A stretch of 64,000 nt of DNA from Eledone cirrhosa (Eukaryota), in NCBI GenBank assembly GCA_964016885.1, contig OZ024749.1, positions 32,116,001-32,180,000 of the forward strand, in the 5' to 3' direction. Position 1 is the first letter of the stretch; every line of letters begins with the position of its first letter. Below are positions 26,874 to 42,450 of this stretch, piece after piece. The notes beneath the pieces were generated by a model that worked only from the letters and a program-made list of their open reading frames with translations, made no database searches and was not told the DNA's origin. Both the position numbers and the translations under genes were made by a program.

Positions 26874-28582
26874 GTATATATATATATATGTATGTATATA
26901 TATATGTATCTATATATGTATATATATATATACATAGTTACACACTTTTGGATGGCCGTTGACCCTTTTGAGTTCTTCCGCCCTTTGTCAGGTTTTGTTT
27001 TTTGTCCTACAGGGTGTCCAAAATCACCCTCCTCCCCAAGTAAACTTGGTGGGGTTACCGGTTTGGTCGCCGACAACTATGTGTATATGTGTATATACAT
27101 GGGTAAATGTGTGTGTATATGCGCGGGGACATAGAAATAGTCGGGCTGGACACCCGATCGCGCGGTTAAACCACTGGGAGTGAAGGACCTCTAGCCTTTG
27201 TCAGGGCATTCTTCTAGGAGAAGGCAACTCAGGAAACTGGGATAACTCCGATATAAAACCTGCGGCTCAGTAATAACCGATGATGTTGATCTCTTCTTCT
27301 TTTCGGGTTATAGCTACTGTCGCTCAGAGAGTGGGATTGGCTCAGTGCACAGACTTTCCTCACTTTAAAAAATATCTTCACGCACAGGCATTGCACGATA
27401 GAATTAATTAATAATTATTAATAATGGTATATCGTGCAATGGCCATACTCGATAACGAGGGGGCAGCCATCATGTATATATGTATATATGTATGAATTAA
27501 TACATATATGAATTAATAGATGTATGAATTAATACATGTATAAATGAATCTATGTATGTATATATGTATGTATATGTTTGTATGTATGTCAGTATATGTG
27601 TATGTGTGTTTCTATATATACACTTACATGTTCCCAATCTCGCAAATATATTCACACACAAATATAGACATCCATATTATACATTAAACATCATGTACAC
27701 CCTTACAGACAATCTACCAAGTTATCAGTTTTTCCTTTTTACTCTCTGTTATATTCTTATCATTTTTTATAGATTTTTATAGTTTTTTTGTTATCTCGTA
27801 TCAGTTTAAAATCCTGCTGTTTTATTTTTGTTGCTAATTTTGTTTGTTGGTTTTTTAGTTTGTTTGTTTGTTTGTTTATTTATTTGTTTGCTATGTCGTC
27901 TGTTTTTCTTCATTTTCTCTAAGTTTCCGCCATTAATATTTCCACTATATGTTGTCGCTCTTATTGCTGATTCGTCTCCACGGATTCTATTTTAAGGGGA
28001 AACCTCTTCACATGCATTAAGAAATCATTACATCCAACATGAGACGAATACCAAACGATTTCAATGAATATAAGAATACGAAAACAACTAAAAACCATTC
28101 AAAGATTCAAACAAACAAAACAAGAAACGTGAGATTCTTTCTCAAAAAATTTTTTTTTTTCAAATATAAAACATTAAGATAAAGAAAGGTGAAACATAAA
28201 CAATGAAATCAATAAATATATCGAACGTATCTAAATAATAGATGTGTTAAAGCTTTGGACTATATGCCGTGTGGTAATTATATATATGCTGGCGTCATTG
28301 AAAGTTCAAATCACACTGAAGTCGTCATTGATTTCTATAATTTGAGATTTTAAAAAATAGGGTACGCCATTTTTTTTTAATAACACCTTTTCTATACTTT
28401 TTTCCCAATTAACTGCCCCTGCATAAACTCTTTTGTTATCCCCACATAGGGAAAGGACAATCAACCATAGGCGGCCATCTTCGTTTTTTATTTTTCTCAT
28501 GACAGGCTGAACGAAACTTGAGTACTTGTTTATGTCACTGTTGTAATTATTTATATATATATATATAATATACATATATGTA

Positions 28583-28613
<31 letters not shown>

Positions 28614-28779
28614 ATTTATATATATGATATCGGCCATATGAATCGGCCATCTGACCAGAGGCAGTGAGGATTTCAGTGCATGGAATTCAGTCCCCGCTAG
28701 CTGTACCATCTACTGAATTATTATTATTTTTATGAGTCCCCGGTGTCCGCGCATTGCCTGGAGACTTAGCTGAGAATAA

Positions 28780-28861
28780 ACTCCCTGATGACGCAATGAA
28801 TTCTCGACAGTTAGATTACGTAACTGACTTTATCCCATTGCAGAAACTAATTAGTTGGAGT
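28780..28861 (+). ncRNA. Type I hammerhead with a long structured stem II
   Basis: ACUCC-CUGAUGA-CGCAAUG..CAGUUA(GAUUACG)UAACUG..CAUUGCA-GAAAC-UAAUUA-GUU-GGAGU. Confidence 0.85.
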
Positions 28862-29041
28862 GAAAATTTAAGTAAGTAAGTTAAAAAAAATTTTTTTTAT
28901 TTTTTTTTTTAATTTTCTTATTTTACGTCTGTTATATTATTGTTCTGCATCCTCCTGCATTGAACCACCTAGATACTATGACATAACCTGTGTATTTGCT
29001 GGCATTAGCGTACATCTGTGCGCTTATGTTAGTAGATATAT

Positions 29042-29139
<98 letters not shown>

Positions 29140-29292
29140 AATGTATATACATATACATAAATGTATTTTCAAGTCGCTGGCAAGACTAAAAAGTCACACT
29201 CGTTCAAAGCATCGGTAGGGGTTCTCCTACACGGATATAAAGTAGTGGCTGTACTCGAAGACGAGTTGGCAGCCACCATATATATATATACA

Positions 29293-29441
<149 letters not shown>

Positions 29442-29528
29442 CGAAGGAAATGTGGTAAGGAACCAGGTGGACCATAACGCACCAAAGTACTCAATACTTA
29501 GGGTAGATACATATACATACGTTTATAC

Positions 29529-29747
<219 letters not shown>

Positions 29748-30247
29748 ACATTGTTTCCAATTCCAACCCGTCCGTCTCCTCAATCTATCTTATTTCTCAT
29801 TCTTTCTTCTGATGAAGAATTAGCGCCCGAAACGTTGGTGTGTGTGTGTGTACAGACATATATATCATTCAGAAATGACAAATACAGAGCAGAGATAAAG
29901 AAAAACAATTAGTTTTATTATTTTCACATTTTGGATGATGTAACTGTGGGTTGACACGACGTAGATGTTTCTAAGTTTTGTCACAATTTGTCGTTGTGTG
30001 TGAGTTTGTGATTAATTCTGAAAATGATTCAGTCACTGGCCGAAATGTAGACGGAGGAAGAAGAGTTTAATATAAGACAAGAAGAAGAATACTAATAAAC
30101 AACAACACCACCAACACCAATCTGTGTTTTGGCAAATTCAAATAAATTAATGAGAAATAAATTTCACTCTACACGCATACAGGCACCCATACATACATAC
30201 GTCAATACATACATATATGCATAGTTACATAAATATATACATATATG

Positions 30248-30344
<97 letters not shown>

Positions 30345-30353
30345 GCATATATT

Positions 30354-30465
<112 letters not shown>

Positions 30466-30477
30466 TATATTTATATA

Positions 30478-30584
<107 letters not shown>

Positions 30585-30640
30585 TTATATATATATATAT
30601 ATATATACTTATATATGTATATCTGTATATATATACACAC

Positions 30641-30679
<39 letters not shown>

Positions 30680-31076
30680 AATATTTATATATATATAACA
30701 TCGCAAGTAGTATGAACTTGGAATAAATCCAGTGATATTTTCCTACATAATCAATTATCGATGTTCTAAAATTCAGTTATTATTGATACTTTCTGCTATA
30801 ATGATTAGTTATTTATTTTGACTTGATTCTTGGTGTTCATAATTAGCTTCAGTAGGGTACAACCTCACTCTTCCTCGCTCTATGTCTTTATTTAATAGTC
30901 TCTACTTAAATCTTACTCACGGTATATATATATATGTATATATATAAATATATAAATATTTATATATATATATGTGTATATCTGCGTGTGTGTGCGTGCG
31001 TGCTTTTTGTGTGTATGTGTCTGAGTTGTGTGAGCGTGTGTGCATGTATGTATATATATATATATGTTTATATATG

Positions 31077-31145
<69 letters not shown>

Positions 31146-31156
31146 ATATATATATA

Positions 31157-31218
<62 letters not shown>

Positions 31219-31226
31219 TATATATG

Positions 31227-31291
<65 letters not shown>

Positions 31292-31445
31292 ATACTTTGG
31301 GAGGGTCATGTTGCCAATAAGAAACACACGCACCAGTTGCTTTCACTTCAATTTATTATATATTTATAAATTTGATTTATAATAAATTGAAGTGAAAGCA
31401 CTGGTGCGTGTGTTTCTTATTGGCAACATGACCCTCCCAAAGTAT

Positions 31446-31514
<69 letters not shown>

Positions 31515-31526
31515 GTGTGTGTGAAC

Positions 31527-31776
31527 AGCGTTCAGGTTAGAGTTCTGGGCTCACATTCCTAAGGTCGTGAGTTCGATTCAGTTTACACGGTTGGCAAGTA
31601 TCTGTTGTTGTTCTAGTTCAAAGGAGTTGATTTGAAACACATTGTGTCCTTTTGAATCTCCCTGCGGACTTAATTAAAGGATTGTGTATCTGTTGAATGT
31701 CCAGCCCCTTCCACATTTGTGTCAAGAGCAGATGGTCCCTTTAATTGCATCAACTGGAGTACTCCTCGTCGGAAAC
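31527..31776 (+). mobile_element. Diverged tRNA-derived SINE
   Basis: GGTCGTGAGTTCGATTC B-box-like motif; body shared with 8669-8990. Confidence 0.65.
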
Positions 31777-31812
31777 ATACATGTATTCACTCATACATAC
31801 CTTCATATATAC

Positions 31813-31914
<102 letters not shown>

Positions 31915-32261
31915 TAGGGTGTGGTAACAAACCAGGTTGAACATGTACCACCAGAGTACTCGATACTTGGTGTAGTAGCGTGGGTAATATGAAAAGATTC
32001 AGTATCCCAACGGCTGGAGCTCAGCTGTCGGGATCCTGATTCTTTTCATATATATATATGTGTGTGTGTGTGTCTGGGAGAGGAAGACCAAGGTTAACGT
32101 ATGTTGATGCCCTAAGGACAGACACGGGTCTGTTGGAGAAGCAGGACATGGAAGTGATAATGAGGGACAGATACCGCTGGAGAGAACTCGTCCATGGATC
32201 TCAGGAATTTTACCCGCCCTATAATAATGTGTGTGTGTGTGTATGTGTGTGTGTGTGTGTG

Positions 32262-32374
<113 letters not shown>

Positions 32375-32513
32375 ATTGTTATACTTGGGGAGGGACGTAT
32401 TGTTGTAATATTGCCAGAAATAATAACAGAACACACTCACTGTTTGGGTTGTTTTCGCTTCTGTATCTTTTGCAATCAATATTTAATAATAACAAAACTA
32501 TATATATATATAC

Positions 32514-32544
<31 letters not shown>

Positions 32545-32546
32545 TG

Positions 32547-32602
<56 letters not shown>

Positions 32603-32707
32603 CATACATACATACATACATACATACATACATTCATACATACATACATACATACATACATACATACATACATACATACATACATACATACATACATACA
32701 TACATAC

Positions 32708-33402
32708 TTCGTAAAAAAGATAGCCCCGATAATAAACACATTAAAAGCTAAAGCAATGTGCAAGATATCCATATACATAATATGAAAGAGTACTGGTGGA
32801 ATGTTCCAGTAAAAACCCCAATAAAATGCAGGCATAACAGACCAAATATTATGATATGGGACAGGGAGAAGAAAGCATGCACAGTAGTGGAAATTAGCTG
32901 CCCAGCAGATGCCAATATAATATCAAAGATTAGTGTAAAGGAGAACATTTATGCAGAACTGATGAGAAATCTGCAGATACTCCACCCTGATTACACCTTC
33001 AGATTTATGCCTGTGATTATTGGGGCACTGGGGTATATTAGTAACTGCCTCAATACAAATCTTGAGAAGCTAGGCTTCACAGGAACAGAAAGAACACAAC
33101 TAGTTAAGAAATTACAAGTACAATCCATTAATGGAACAGTAAAAATATGTAAGACATTCCAAAAATGTTGCATCTAATAACTGCATATACACATATACAG
33201 ATGCCAAGCATATACACATGCACACATACAACTCAAAACATACACATTCACACATACAATAACATCGATATCTACACATGCATACATACATATCTACCTA
33301 GTTGATGTTGTGTAAATTCCAATGAGAGAGTCTTGTGTCAATGTTAGAAACCGACTCTCTCTCTCTATTGGTAAAACTTTGTGAAATTACAAAACCAGAA
33401 GA
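32708..33402 (+). mobile_element. 5'-truncated R4/Dong-like RLE non-LTR retrotransposon
   Basis: ORF 32758-33177: WWNVPVKTPIKCRHNRPNIMIWD..VVEISCP..K...Y..PVIIGALG (RPD motif altered to RPN); (CATA)n on both sides. Confidence 0.88.
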
Positions 33403-33819
33403 ACATACATACATACATATCTCTGCAGTTGCATTATGTAATATTTACATGAACTATATACTATCACCATATTTTAATTAGCAGACGACATTCTATGATT
33501 TCATCAGATTTCAATATTTGGTCTCGCTTTCGTTTTTTGTCTTCATTTTTTTTTTTCCTTTTTCCTGTTAATTTTTCAAATAAAACACAAATATAAATAC
33601 ACTGACAATTATTTATACACACAGGTATTTATGTGAGCACACAAATGCGCAATCTCCCAAACACCGAACACACACATATATAAACACATTCACACACAGA
33701 TATATATATGTGTGTGTGTATGTTTGTGTGTGTGTAAAAGGAGAGAGAGGAGAAAACACATACAAATATAATCACACAAAGCGATATGTATATATACTTA
33801 TATGTGTGTACGGAATACG

Positions 33820-33876
<57 letters not shown>

Positions 33877-33914
33877 TCAATTGTGTATGCGTGCGTGTGT
33901 ATTACGTTATTACG

Positions 33915-33998
<84 letters not shown>

Positions 33999-34208
33999 AT
34001 ATAGAATCTCATCTATATATATATAATATATATATATATACTTATATATATATATACATACATATATACTTATATATACATCTATATATATATAATATAT
34101 ATATATATACTTATATATATATACATATATATATGCATAGATGTGTGAGTGTGTATGTTTAGGGGAAGGGTTTCTGTGTTAGTCTGTATCTGTTTCTGTG
34201 GGGGGGGG

Positions 34209-34310
<102 letters not shown>

Positions 34311-34807
34311 TGCATGTGTATTTACAGACATAAACACTAGTATGTATTTACGAATATGAAATAGTCGAAAATTCAGTATATTTTCTGCCAAGATTTTCCT
34401 TGCGTCTCAAACATTTCTTTTTAAAATTCCATCAATCTTGAACGCTTGAAAAGTTTTTGGCTCGACTTACAAACGGTTGGCGATTCATATACTTAGTATA
34501 AATAATATTCTCCATCTATAATTTCAATGATTTCATGAAATATATTCAAAAGCCTAACGATTGTTTCTAACATGTAATTTTCTTCAAACGACGAAAAGAT
34601 TTTCTTGTTGTACGCGTAGGCGGACATTTTGGAAAGTTTTACAACATTAGATATTTTATTTTACTAGTTTCAGTCATTTGACTGCGGCCACGCCGGGGCA
34701 GCGGCTTCTGTTAGATATCTTGTGTGGAGGTATGAATGCATGGTATGTAAATATACGTGCATGTATCTATGTATGTTTGTATGCATATATATATTCATAT
34801 ATATATG

Positions 34808-34843
<36 letters not shown>

Positions 34844-34921
34844 TATCCGGGAGGTTCCAACAGTAATGGTTGCATCTTTAAGGGTATGTCAAATTTTATT
34901 TATAAAACTGATCTATATTAT

Positions 34922-34985
34922 ATTTTATCTGATGAAAGCAACACCATAATTTAACTTGGTGTCCTTGAAATATGTATAATGAAAT
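34922..34985 (+). ncRNA. AU-rich type I hammerhead family (also 37963-38028 + / 37801-37866 -, 52566-52630 +, 61967-62036 +)
   Basis: AUUUUAU-CUGAUGA-AAG..CACCA..UGGUG..CUU-GAAA-UAUGUAUA-AUGAAAU; stem II sequence differs between copies but pairing is kept. Confidence 0.8.
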
Positions 34986-35026
34986 AATATGGTTTTATAA
35001 ATATAGTTTCCATTTGTTAATATATC

Positions 35027-35070
<44 letters not shown>

Positions 35071-36264
35071 TATATTTCGTTTCTGAATTTGTTAAGCAAG
35101 ATTCTTTATCTGAAAACGTGTGTGTGAAACCGATATTGTTATGCTTTGGGAGGGTCATGTTGCCAATAAGAAACTCACGCACCAGTTGCTTTCACTCCAA
35201 TTTATTATAAATTAAATTTATAAATTTAAGAATTTATAAATTTCTGGTTGGTTGGTTGGTTCCACAACCAGACGATTGTTCATATATTGTCAAAGTTCTT
35301 TCGTCACACATTCTGTGATCTCTTCAGTGACTGGGGATTCTTTTCTTTTCTTCTTTGGAGTGAAAGCAACTGGTGCGTGTGTTTCTTATTGGCAACATGA
35401 CCCTCCCAAAGCATAACAATATATATATATATATATATTAATAAGGTAATGAATTATTTTACAATATATATACAGATGTGTTGGTATCTGTGTTTCATCA
35501 CATACATATTAGTTTATATATATATATATATATAAGTATGTATATTCAGCATTGTCAACCACAGTTTGCGACTAGATAGCTGAAGTATATAGGTGCACTT
35601 TCTTCTTGAGATTAACTCAGAATACGGCATGTCTCCAAGACACTGAAGAAACGTTACTGATTAGAAACATAATTGATTTAACGTAATTATGTAAATGAGT
35701 ACAGTATTTGGTGGCAAGAATGTTTTACAATCAAAAAGAGAGAACGTAGAAATTCAATGATATTTAGGATATGTTTGTTTGTTTTGTTTTTGTGTGTGGG
35801 CGTGTGTGTATTTCTATGAAGCTTAACTTGGCCCAGATTCTTGTTGACTTGTCTGCGACATTTTCTAAGTCAATGAATCAGGAATCTCGGATTAACTGAC
35901 AGTTGTCGGTTTCATTTTAATCAATTTATCCATGAATAAGAAATTATCGTACACACTATTTTTTTCAAGTTTATCTTACTTCAAATGAAAAAGAGGATTA
36001 ATAATTTCGTAATAATTCAAGTTTAAACTAAATTCTTCTTTATAAGAAGATTTGCACCGGTATAGAAAACATTCTAATGGTAAAATACGATAGTAATCTT
36101 ATTATGGACTAATTATCAACAGCAACATAGAAATGATAAATGTGACCAAACACGGAAGAGCCGAACTCCCACTGTCATCCCCTCCATCTCTCTCGCCCTC
36201 CCCATCTCTCTGTATTATGAGTAAATAGGGTCCCACGTGCTGCCCCCCCCCCCCCCCGGCCCCG

Positions 36265-36670
36265 TCGGACAGGATGGAAAAGGCATTTCCCCGGAGGATG
36301 GTAAAGGAGATGCGCTGGAAGAGCCATTCCATCTCGTGGGGCTCACACCTGCGGCTGGCCAGCTCAGCGTCTAAGGTGGTAAGTAGGGAGGTAGCCCTAG
36401 GGCCAAGGACACCAGATGTCTCCACTGCTATGGGCAAGACCGCAAATCTATCATAGAGCGACCGATACTTGGAGAGTTTGCCCTCCTCACCCCGAAGTGC
36501 AGCAGACCATTGGTTAATCGCAGGCTGCACAAGGCTGCAGAAAGTGGAGTTGGAGAAAGTGTCGCTGCAGGTGGCATCCCAGACGAGGGGTTTGCCATTG
36601 GGGAACGGAAGATATGGCCACCGGCTCGAGCTGAGGGTGGCATGGCGTGGAAGGCAACCGGCACTTAGTG
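36265..36670 (-). mobile_element. CRE-clade-like RLE LINE 3' fragment
   Basis: PFPNGKPLVWDATCSDT..KLSKY..LPIAVETSGVLGP..LFQRISFTILRGNAFSIL. Confidence 0.8.
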
Positions 36671-36969
36671 AATTTATGTGATAATATTTCTCTTAGATAT
36701 AAATATATCTGTTCCAGTTCATATGATTCCAGTTCATATGATTCATATGATTCCAGTTCCTCAGAATCATAACAACACAACTAGGAGCTGGACATATCGA
36801 TGTATTGACGGAGTAAAACATACTTCAACAACATGTGTTCCTGTCTTTCCCACACCAATTAGAACTGCCTGGAGAGGTCACAGCCAATGATGGCTGTCAC
36901 CGAAATATATATAGCAGTACATCTATAATTTATAATAAACGAAGCAAAATTTTACATATTTGACTTAAT

Positions 36970-37000
<31 letters not shown>

Positions 37001-37603
37001 AATGAAAAGTATAGAAATTGTTGTAGCGAGAAGCTAACAGTATTCCATAACATATATGCGACTATAGCGTCAAAATGGGAAAATAGTTAACATAAGATAT
37101 GGGAAAAATAATTCAGACTCAATTCAAAAGGAATCAGGATATAGATTTATTCAACAGAATTTAGAGAAATCCAGGGAAAAATCAATAGAGCATTAACTCA
37201 TGATAAAACAAAGTCTAAAGTACTCAACCTTCAATTTGGGACAACTTCAAATGCTCTGTATAGTCTTGAAAAGACTATTTCACGAAAACTTTCAGTGGAG
37301 ATGGTCACGGTTGGATATCGTTCCTCAGCAGAGCTCAACGTGGTAACCAAGGTCTCACTGATAATATGCCAAAAAGGGAATTTAAAAGCAGGCTAGTTTA
37401 ACATCATGCGTGGTTATTAAAATAAACGCACATGTGTAAAAACAGGGCTGGTGTCATCAGAATGAGACAAATGTTTGTTTATATGAAACAACAGTCAAAA
37501 ACATTCCGAAAGAAAACTCTATATATATATATGTATGTATATATATTTATAGAAATTTGTAGAAAAAATTTTTTTTTACAAATTTAATACTTGACCATAT
37601 GTA

Positions 37604-37641
<38 letters not shown>

Positions 37642-37758
37642 TATGTGCATATATATATATATATATATATATGCAAAGTTTTATTTAAAATGTTGGGTTA
37701 CAACGAGTAAATATTTTATAACTGATATAAAAGCACTCAACAGGTTTTGGAGTATTTT

Positions 37759-38068
37759 ACGATATTAAACAAATGGAAATTACATTTATAAAACCATATT
37801 TATTTCATTATATATATTTCAGGGATATCATATTAAAAATATGGTATGCCCTCTTCAGACAAAATACAATATATAGACAGTTTTATAAGTAAATTTGACA
37901 TACCTTAGAGTTTACAACTTCTAAGGTATGTCAAATTTACTTATAAAACTGTCTATATATTGTATTTTGTCTGAAGAGGGCATACCATATTTTTAATATG
38001 ATATCCCTGAAATATATATAATGAAATAAATATGGTTTTATAAATGTAATTTCCATTTGTTTAATATC

Positions 38069-38070
<2 letters not shown>
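37759..38070. repeat. Fold-back, arms of about 150 bp, HHR in each arm
   Basis: 37759-37908 is the reverse complement of 37921-38070. Confidence 0.9.
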
Positions 38071-38128
<58 letters not shown>

Positions 38129-38892
38129 TTGTGTGTGTGAGTGCATATATAATTTCGCTTACTAAGCTTTTAACATTTCTTTTTTTAATTGTATATTTTT
38201 CACACCAAAAAACCTAATATTAAAAAAGTTAATATTAACTTTTATTCTAAAAACAATTATCTCAGAAATCGATATCTATTCATACATATTTTAGTTTTAT
38301 CTGAAATACTATTTATTTTGTTAGTTTTTTCAACTTTTATGAACCAAAACCTCAATTCTCTCTTCTTCTGCATTTGTCTGAACTGACAGATTCCTTAAGA
38401 GTGCCAGAGATAACGTCTTGTTATGTTTGTACCGGATCTTTAGGTTCTGAGTTCAAATCTTGCTGAGATCAAATTTGCCTTTTCTATTATCAATATCGAT
38501 CATATGTATTGAAAAATCGGTCATCAAATTTCTGGCATGTTTACTATTATTTATCTATTTATTTATTTATTTGTTCAATTTAAACATCCGTATAAATCTA
38601 GTAAGCATTGACACACTCATATATATAAATTTTATACCTAATTGTGTATGGTTGACGATATATTTAATCGATTTCCACGTGCTATTGAAATGCTGGGTAA
38701 ATATTCTATAGCTGTTGATCGCGAGTAGATGGCTGTCGTTTATTTATCTATTATTTCTTTATAGGTGCCTTTTAATCTTATAGCCTGGTTTAATTGTTTT
38801 TTTGTGTGGTTGATTATGCTGATTGGGAGAGGAAATGGTGTATATATTTTATCAAATGATTCTATGGACATAATTTATAGTATATATATATA

Positions 38893-39098
<206 letters not shown>

Positions 39099-39446
39099 TT
39101 TAATGTGGTCTACCCTTGGTGGTAGGGTCCGTAGCGTAGATAGAAGTCAATGTAATCTCATTGTGAGTAATCCAGTGAAGTCCATAGAAAGGTTCCGTGT
39201 TCCGCTGATTTAATTCCATAAATACAATCTGATATTAGATATTAATTTAACAATGAAAATAATTGTTTCTACTTTAGGCACAAGGCCAGCAATTACCCAG
39301 TTTATTACTGGTACTTTATTTTATCGACCCCGTAAGGATGAAAGGCAAAGTCAACCTCTTTAACAATGAAAATAATAATAACAACAATGAATAGGTAAAA
39401 TAACCTAACTTTGTTTTTATTATTTTCATTCTTAAATTAATATCGA

Positions 39447-39482
<36 letters not shown>

Positions 39483-39499
39483 ATTTATATATAAGAAAC

Positions 39500-40265
39500 G
39501 ACGCAGGCTGTGTGTTTAAGATGGTAATATGGACGAAACAAGAGAAGAAACCCTTCATCAGCTGTTAACCGCCGATCATAGATGTTTCGACGTTTAAAAC
39601 AGGACATCGAACTCAATCAGCAGCCCGCCCAGGGCCTTTCATCAATCAAAAGGCCCTGGGGCGAAGAAAAGATAAGATAGTGAAGAAAGAGGAAGAAAGA
39701 GAAAAAAGGAAACAGAAAAAAACGAAGTAAACTAACTGAATGGAGGAGGGACACAGGACAATGGCCCATGCAGGTAAGTAACCGAGGAGAAAATAGAAAA
39801 AGGTTACAACGAACCGATTGGACTTAAGTCCTATGGTCAATATAACTGCGGGGCGAGGTTTTTCCGTGCGATCTCAGCAAAGTGAGTGTAGATAGAGAGA
39901 GAGAGATAGACGGAGAAACCGGAAGTGAGAGGGAGAAGGGAAAGGGAGATAATTCAAAATGGGTTTACCCCATGTTTGAGACCTGGCGAAAAACGAGCAG
40001 ATGGATAGAGAGAGAGTGCGGGGTGGAGAGAGAAAGAGAGAGAGAAAAGGAAGAGAGAGAAGGAGAGAGTCGATATGAAAGCGTGGTGGGACAACAAATC
40101 GAGCAAAACAGGCAGAGGGGGTTCACAGCGGTAAATACAAAATTAAAAGAAACGAAGCAAGCTGTGTGGTTACTGTAAACAAAGTTTAAGATTGTAATAT
40201 GGACGAAACAAGAGAATAAACCCTTCATCGGCTGTTAACTACAGATCATAGATGTTTCGGCGCTT
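39500..40265 (-). mobile_element. Penelope-tail-like fragment with a direct terminal duplication (about 39514-39592 / 40184-40263)
   Basis: Diverged direct repeat of about 80 bp around a CT-rich UTR-like body. Confidence 0.55.
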
Positions 40266-40505
40266 AATGAGAAACGTAATAATTTTCGTGCCATTGAGTG
40301 CTTTGTAACCTCCTCAAACAATTCGACTGGTATCTACCCCGCTGCAACTAGAACTTAGATTTATATCTAATATAGATGTGTGTGTGCTTGTGTGAGTGTG
40401 CGGGTGTGGGTGTGTGCCTGTGTGGGTGGGTGTGGGGGGTGGCTGTGTGCGTGTGTGTGTAATAAGAAATACATCGATTGCATAAAAGGAACCTAGACGT
40501 CTTAA

Positions 40506-40696
40506 ATAATTGTTTCTACTTTAGTCACAAGGCCAGCAATTCACCAGTCCATTACTGGTACTTTATTTTATCGACCCCGTAAGGATGAAAGGCAAAGTCA
40601 ACCTCGGCGGGATTTGAACTCAGATCGTAAAGGGACGTAACTATGCTGGAAAACATGGCGTCCGACCCTCTACCGATACTGCCAATCCACCGCCCT
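40506..40696 (-). mobile_element. Full-length young SINE with target-site duplication
   Basis: CCTAGACGTCTTAAATAAT at 40492-40510 and 40694-40712. Confidence 0.92.
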
Positions 40697-41206
40697 AGAC
40701 GTCTTAAATAATAAATAAACTACATATTCCGCAACACAAAACCTCTCCTGTGGCAATTTGAACCCCTTTCAATATCTACTCAACAAACAGAATTATTTTC
40801 TTATTGATATATAATTGGCAACCTTATGGTAAATGTCAATAACGTTGAGATTTTTGCCGTTGCTTTAAAATAGCTGATAGGATCTTGAGTGGTTAGAACT
40901 TAGCACAACTATTCAATTTACGTCGATATATATATAGTCTTAAGCAGATACACAAACAGGACTGTACGTAAACCCACCCACGTACACACACTCAGCTGCA
41001 CGCATATATAGGGTGTCCCCAAAAAATGTATACACACTTCAACATCATTCTAATAATAATGTGTATGCATTTTTGGAGCGGGACACTGTGAATAAGTTTA
41101 CACTCATTTATTTACTTGCAAACCCACAACCCGTTGCATAGACACGTACGCACACACACACACACGCATTCACACACCCACTCATACATAAATGTATATA
41201 TATATA

Positions 41207-41249
<43 letters not shown>

Positions 41250-41353
41250 AATGCGTACTAAGAGCTACATACAGTTATTTATATATAGATGTAAACAGAT
41301 ATTTTCGTAAACACTCCCGTATATTTATATATATATGAATGTATGTATGTATA

Positions 41354-41472
<119 letters not shown>

Positions 41473-41788
41473 TGTGTGTGTGTGTGTGTGCGTGTGTGTG
41501 TGTGCGAATGTACGTGTATACAGATAGATGTGTGTGTGAGTATGTGTAAGTATGTGGGCATATAACACGTATATATACGTATAAAACGAGTCTGGGCTTG
41601 TGTGTGTATGCATCTACATGTATGTGTGTGTGTATGTGCGTCAGTGTGAGTATGTGTGTGTGTATGTGCGTCAGTGTGAGTATGTGTGTGTGTACATGTG
41701 TATGTGTGTGTAAATCGTGTAATTCTTAATTCAAAATAAATATTGATTTAGCCCAATAAGAAAAAATAACATTTACTTTAATCACCCT

Positions 41789-41827
<39 letters not shown>

Positions 41828-41830
<3 letters not shown>

Positions 41831-42329
41831 AAAAAGGGATGAAATCGAAAATGCAACTGAAGTCTTATTTTTTTTTTTAAATATATATATTTATTTGGTT
41901 CCTTTACCGGTTTCGCAGTTCTTCTGCTTTTCAAAAGGTGAGTTGAGATGGAGGGTCTGTGGTTTTTCTCACATCTGGTTGGTCTCTAAATGTTACTTGT
42001 TTTATATGGAAAAAGTGGCTCGAAAGCCAGGTTTTTCGAGAACCAATCAAATTACTTCTCGAAAAACCTGGCTTTCGAGCCACTTTTTCCATATAAAACA
42101 AGTAACATTTAGAGACCAACCAGATGTGAGAAAAACCACAGACCCACCATCTCAACTCACCTTTTGAAAAGCAGAAGAACTGCGAAACCGGTAAAGGAAC
42201 CAAATAAATATATATATTTTTAAAAAAAATAAGACGTCAGTTGCATTTTCGATTTCATCCCTTTTTCCTTTATACTTCCACTCGTGTAGGACACCTCGGT
42301 TATTTTTCATTTTGTAAAAAAAACCTCAC

Positions 42330-42336
<7 letters not shown>
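41828..42336. repeat. Long fold-back (arms of about 215 bp, centre about 42049) with a U3-A8 hammerhead in each arm; family fragments at 10645-10780 and 12000-12068
   Basis: Mirrored ORFs 41895-42167 / 41931-42203; 13-nt spacer. Confidence 0.9.
42160..42197 (+). ncRNA. Type I hammerhead, core variant U3-A8 (mirror 41901-41938 -)
   Basis: CCUU-UUGAAAA-GCAG(AAGAA)CUGC-GAAAC-CG-GUA-AAGG, followed by AATAAA. Confidence 0.75.
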
Positions 42337-42392
<56 letters not shown>

Positions 42393-42419
42393 TATATACA
42401 TATATATATACATATATAC

Positions 42420-42450
<31 letters not shown>

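Noticed and set aside
37255-37300. Possible minus-strand hammerhead (CUGAAAG..GAAAUAGUC..GACUAUA)
   Set aside because: The core and stems I/II are not convincing; not counted.
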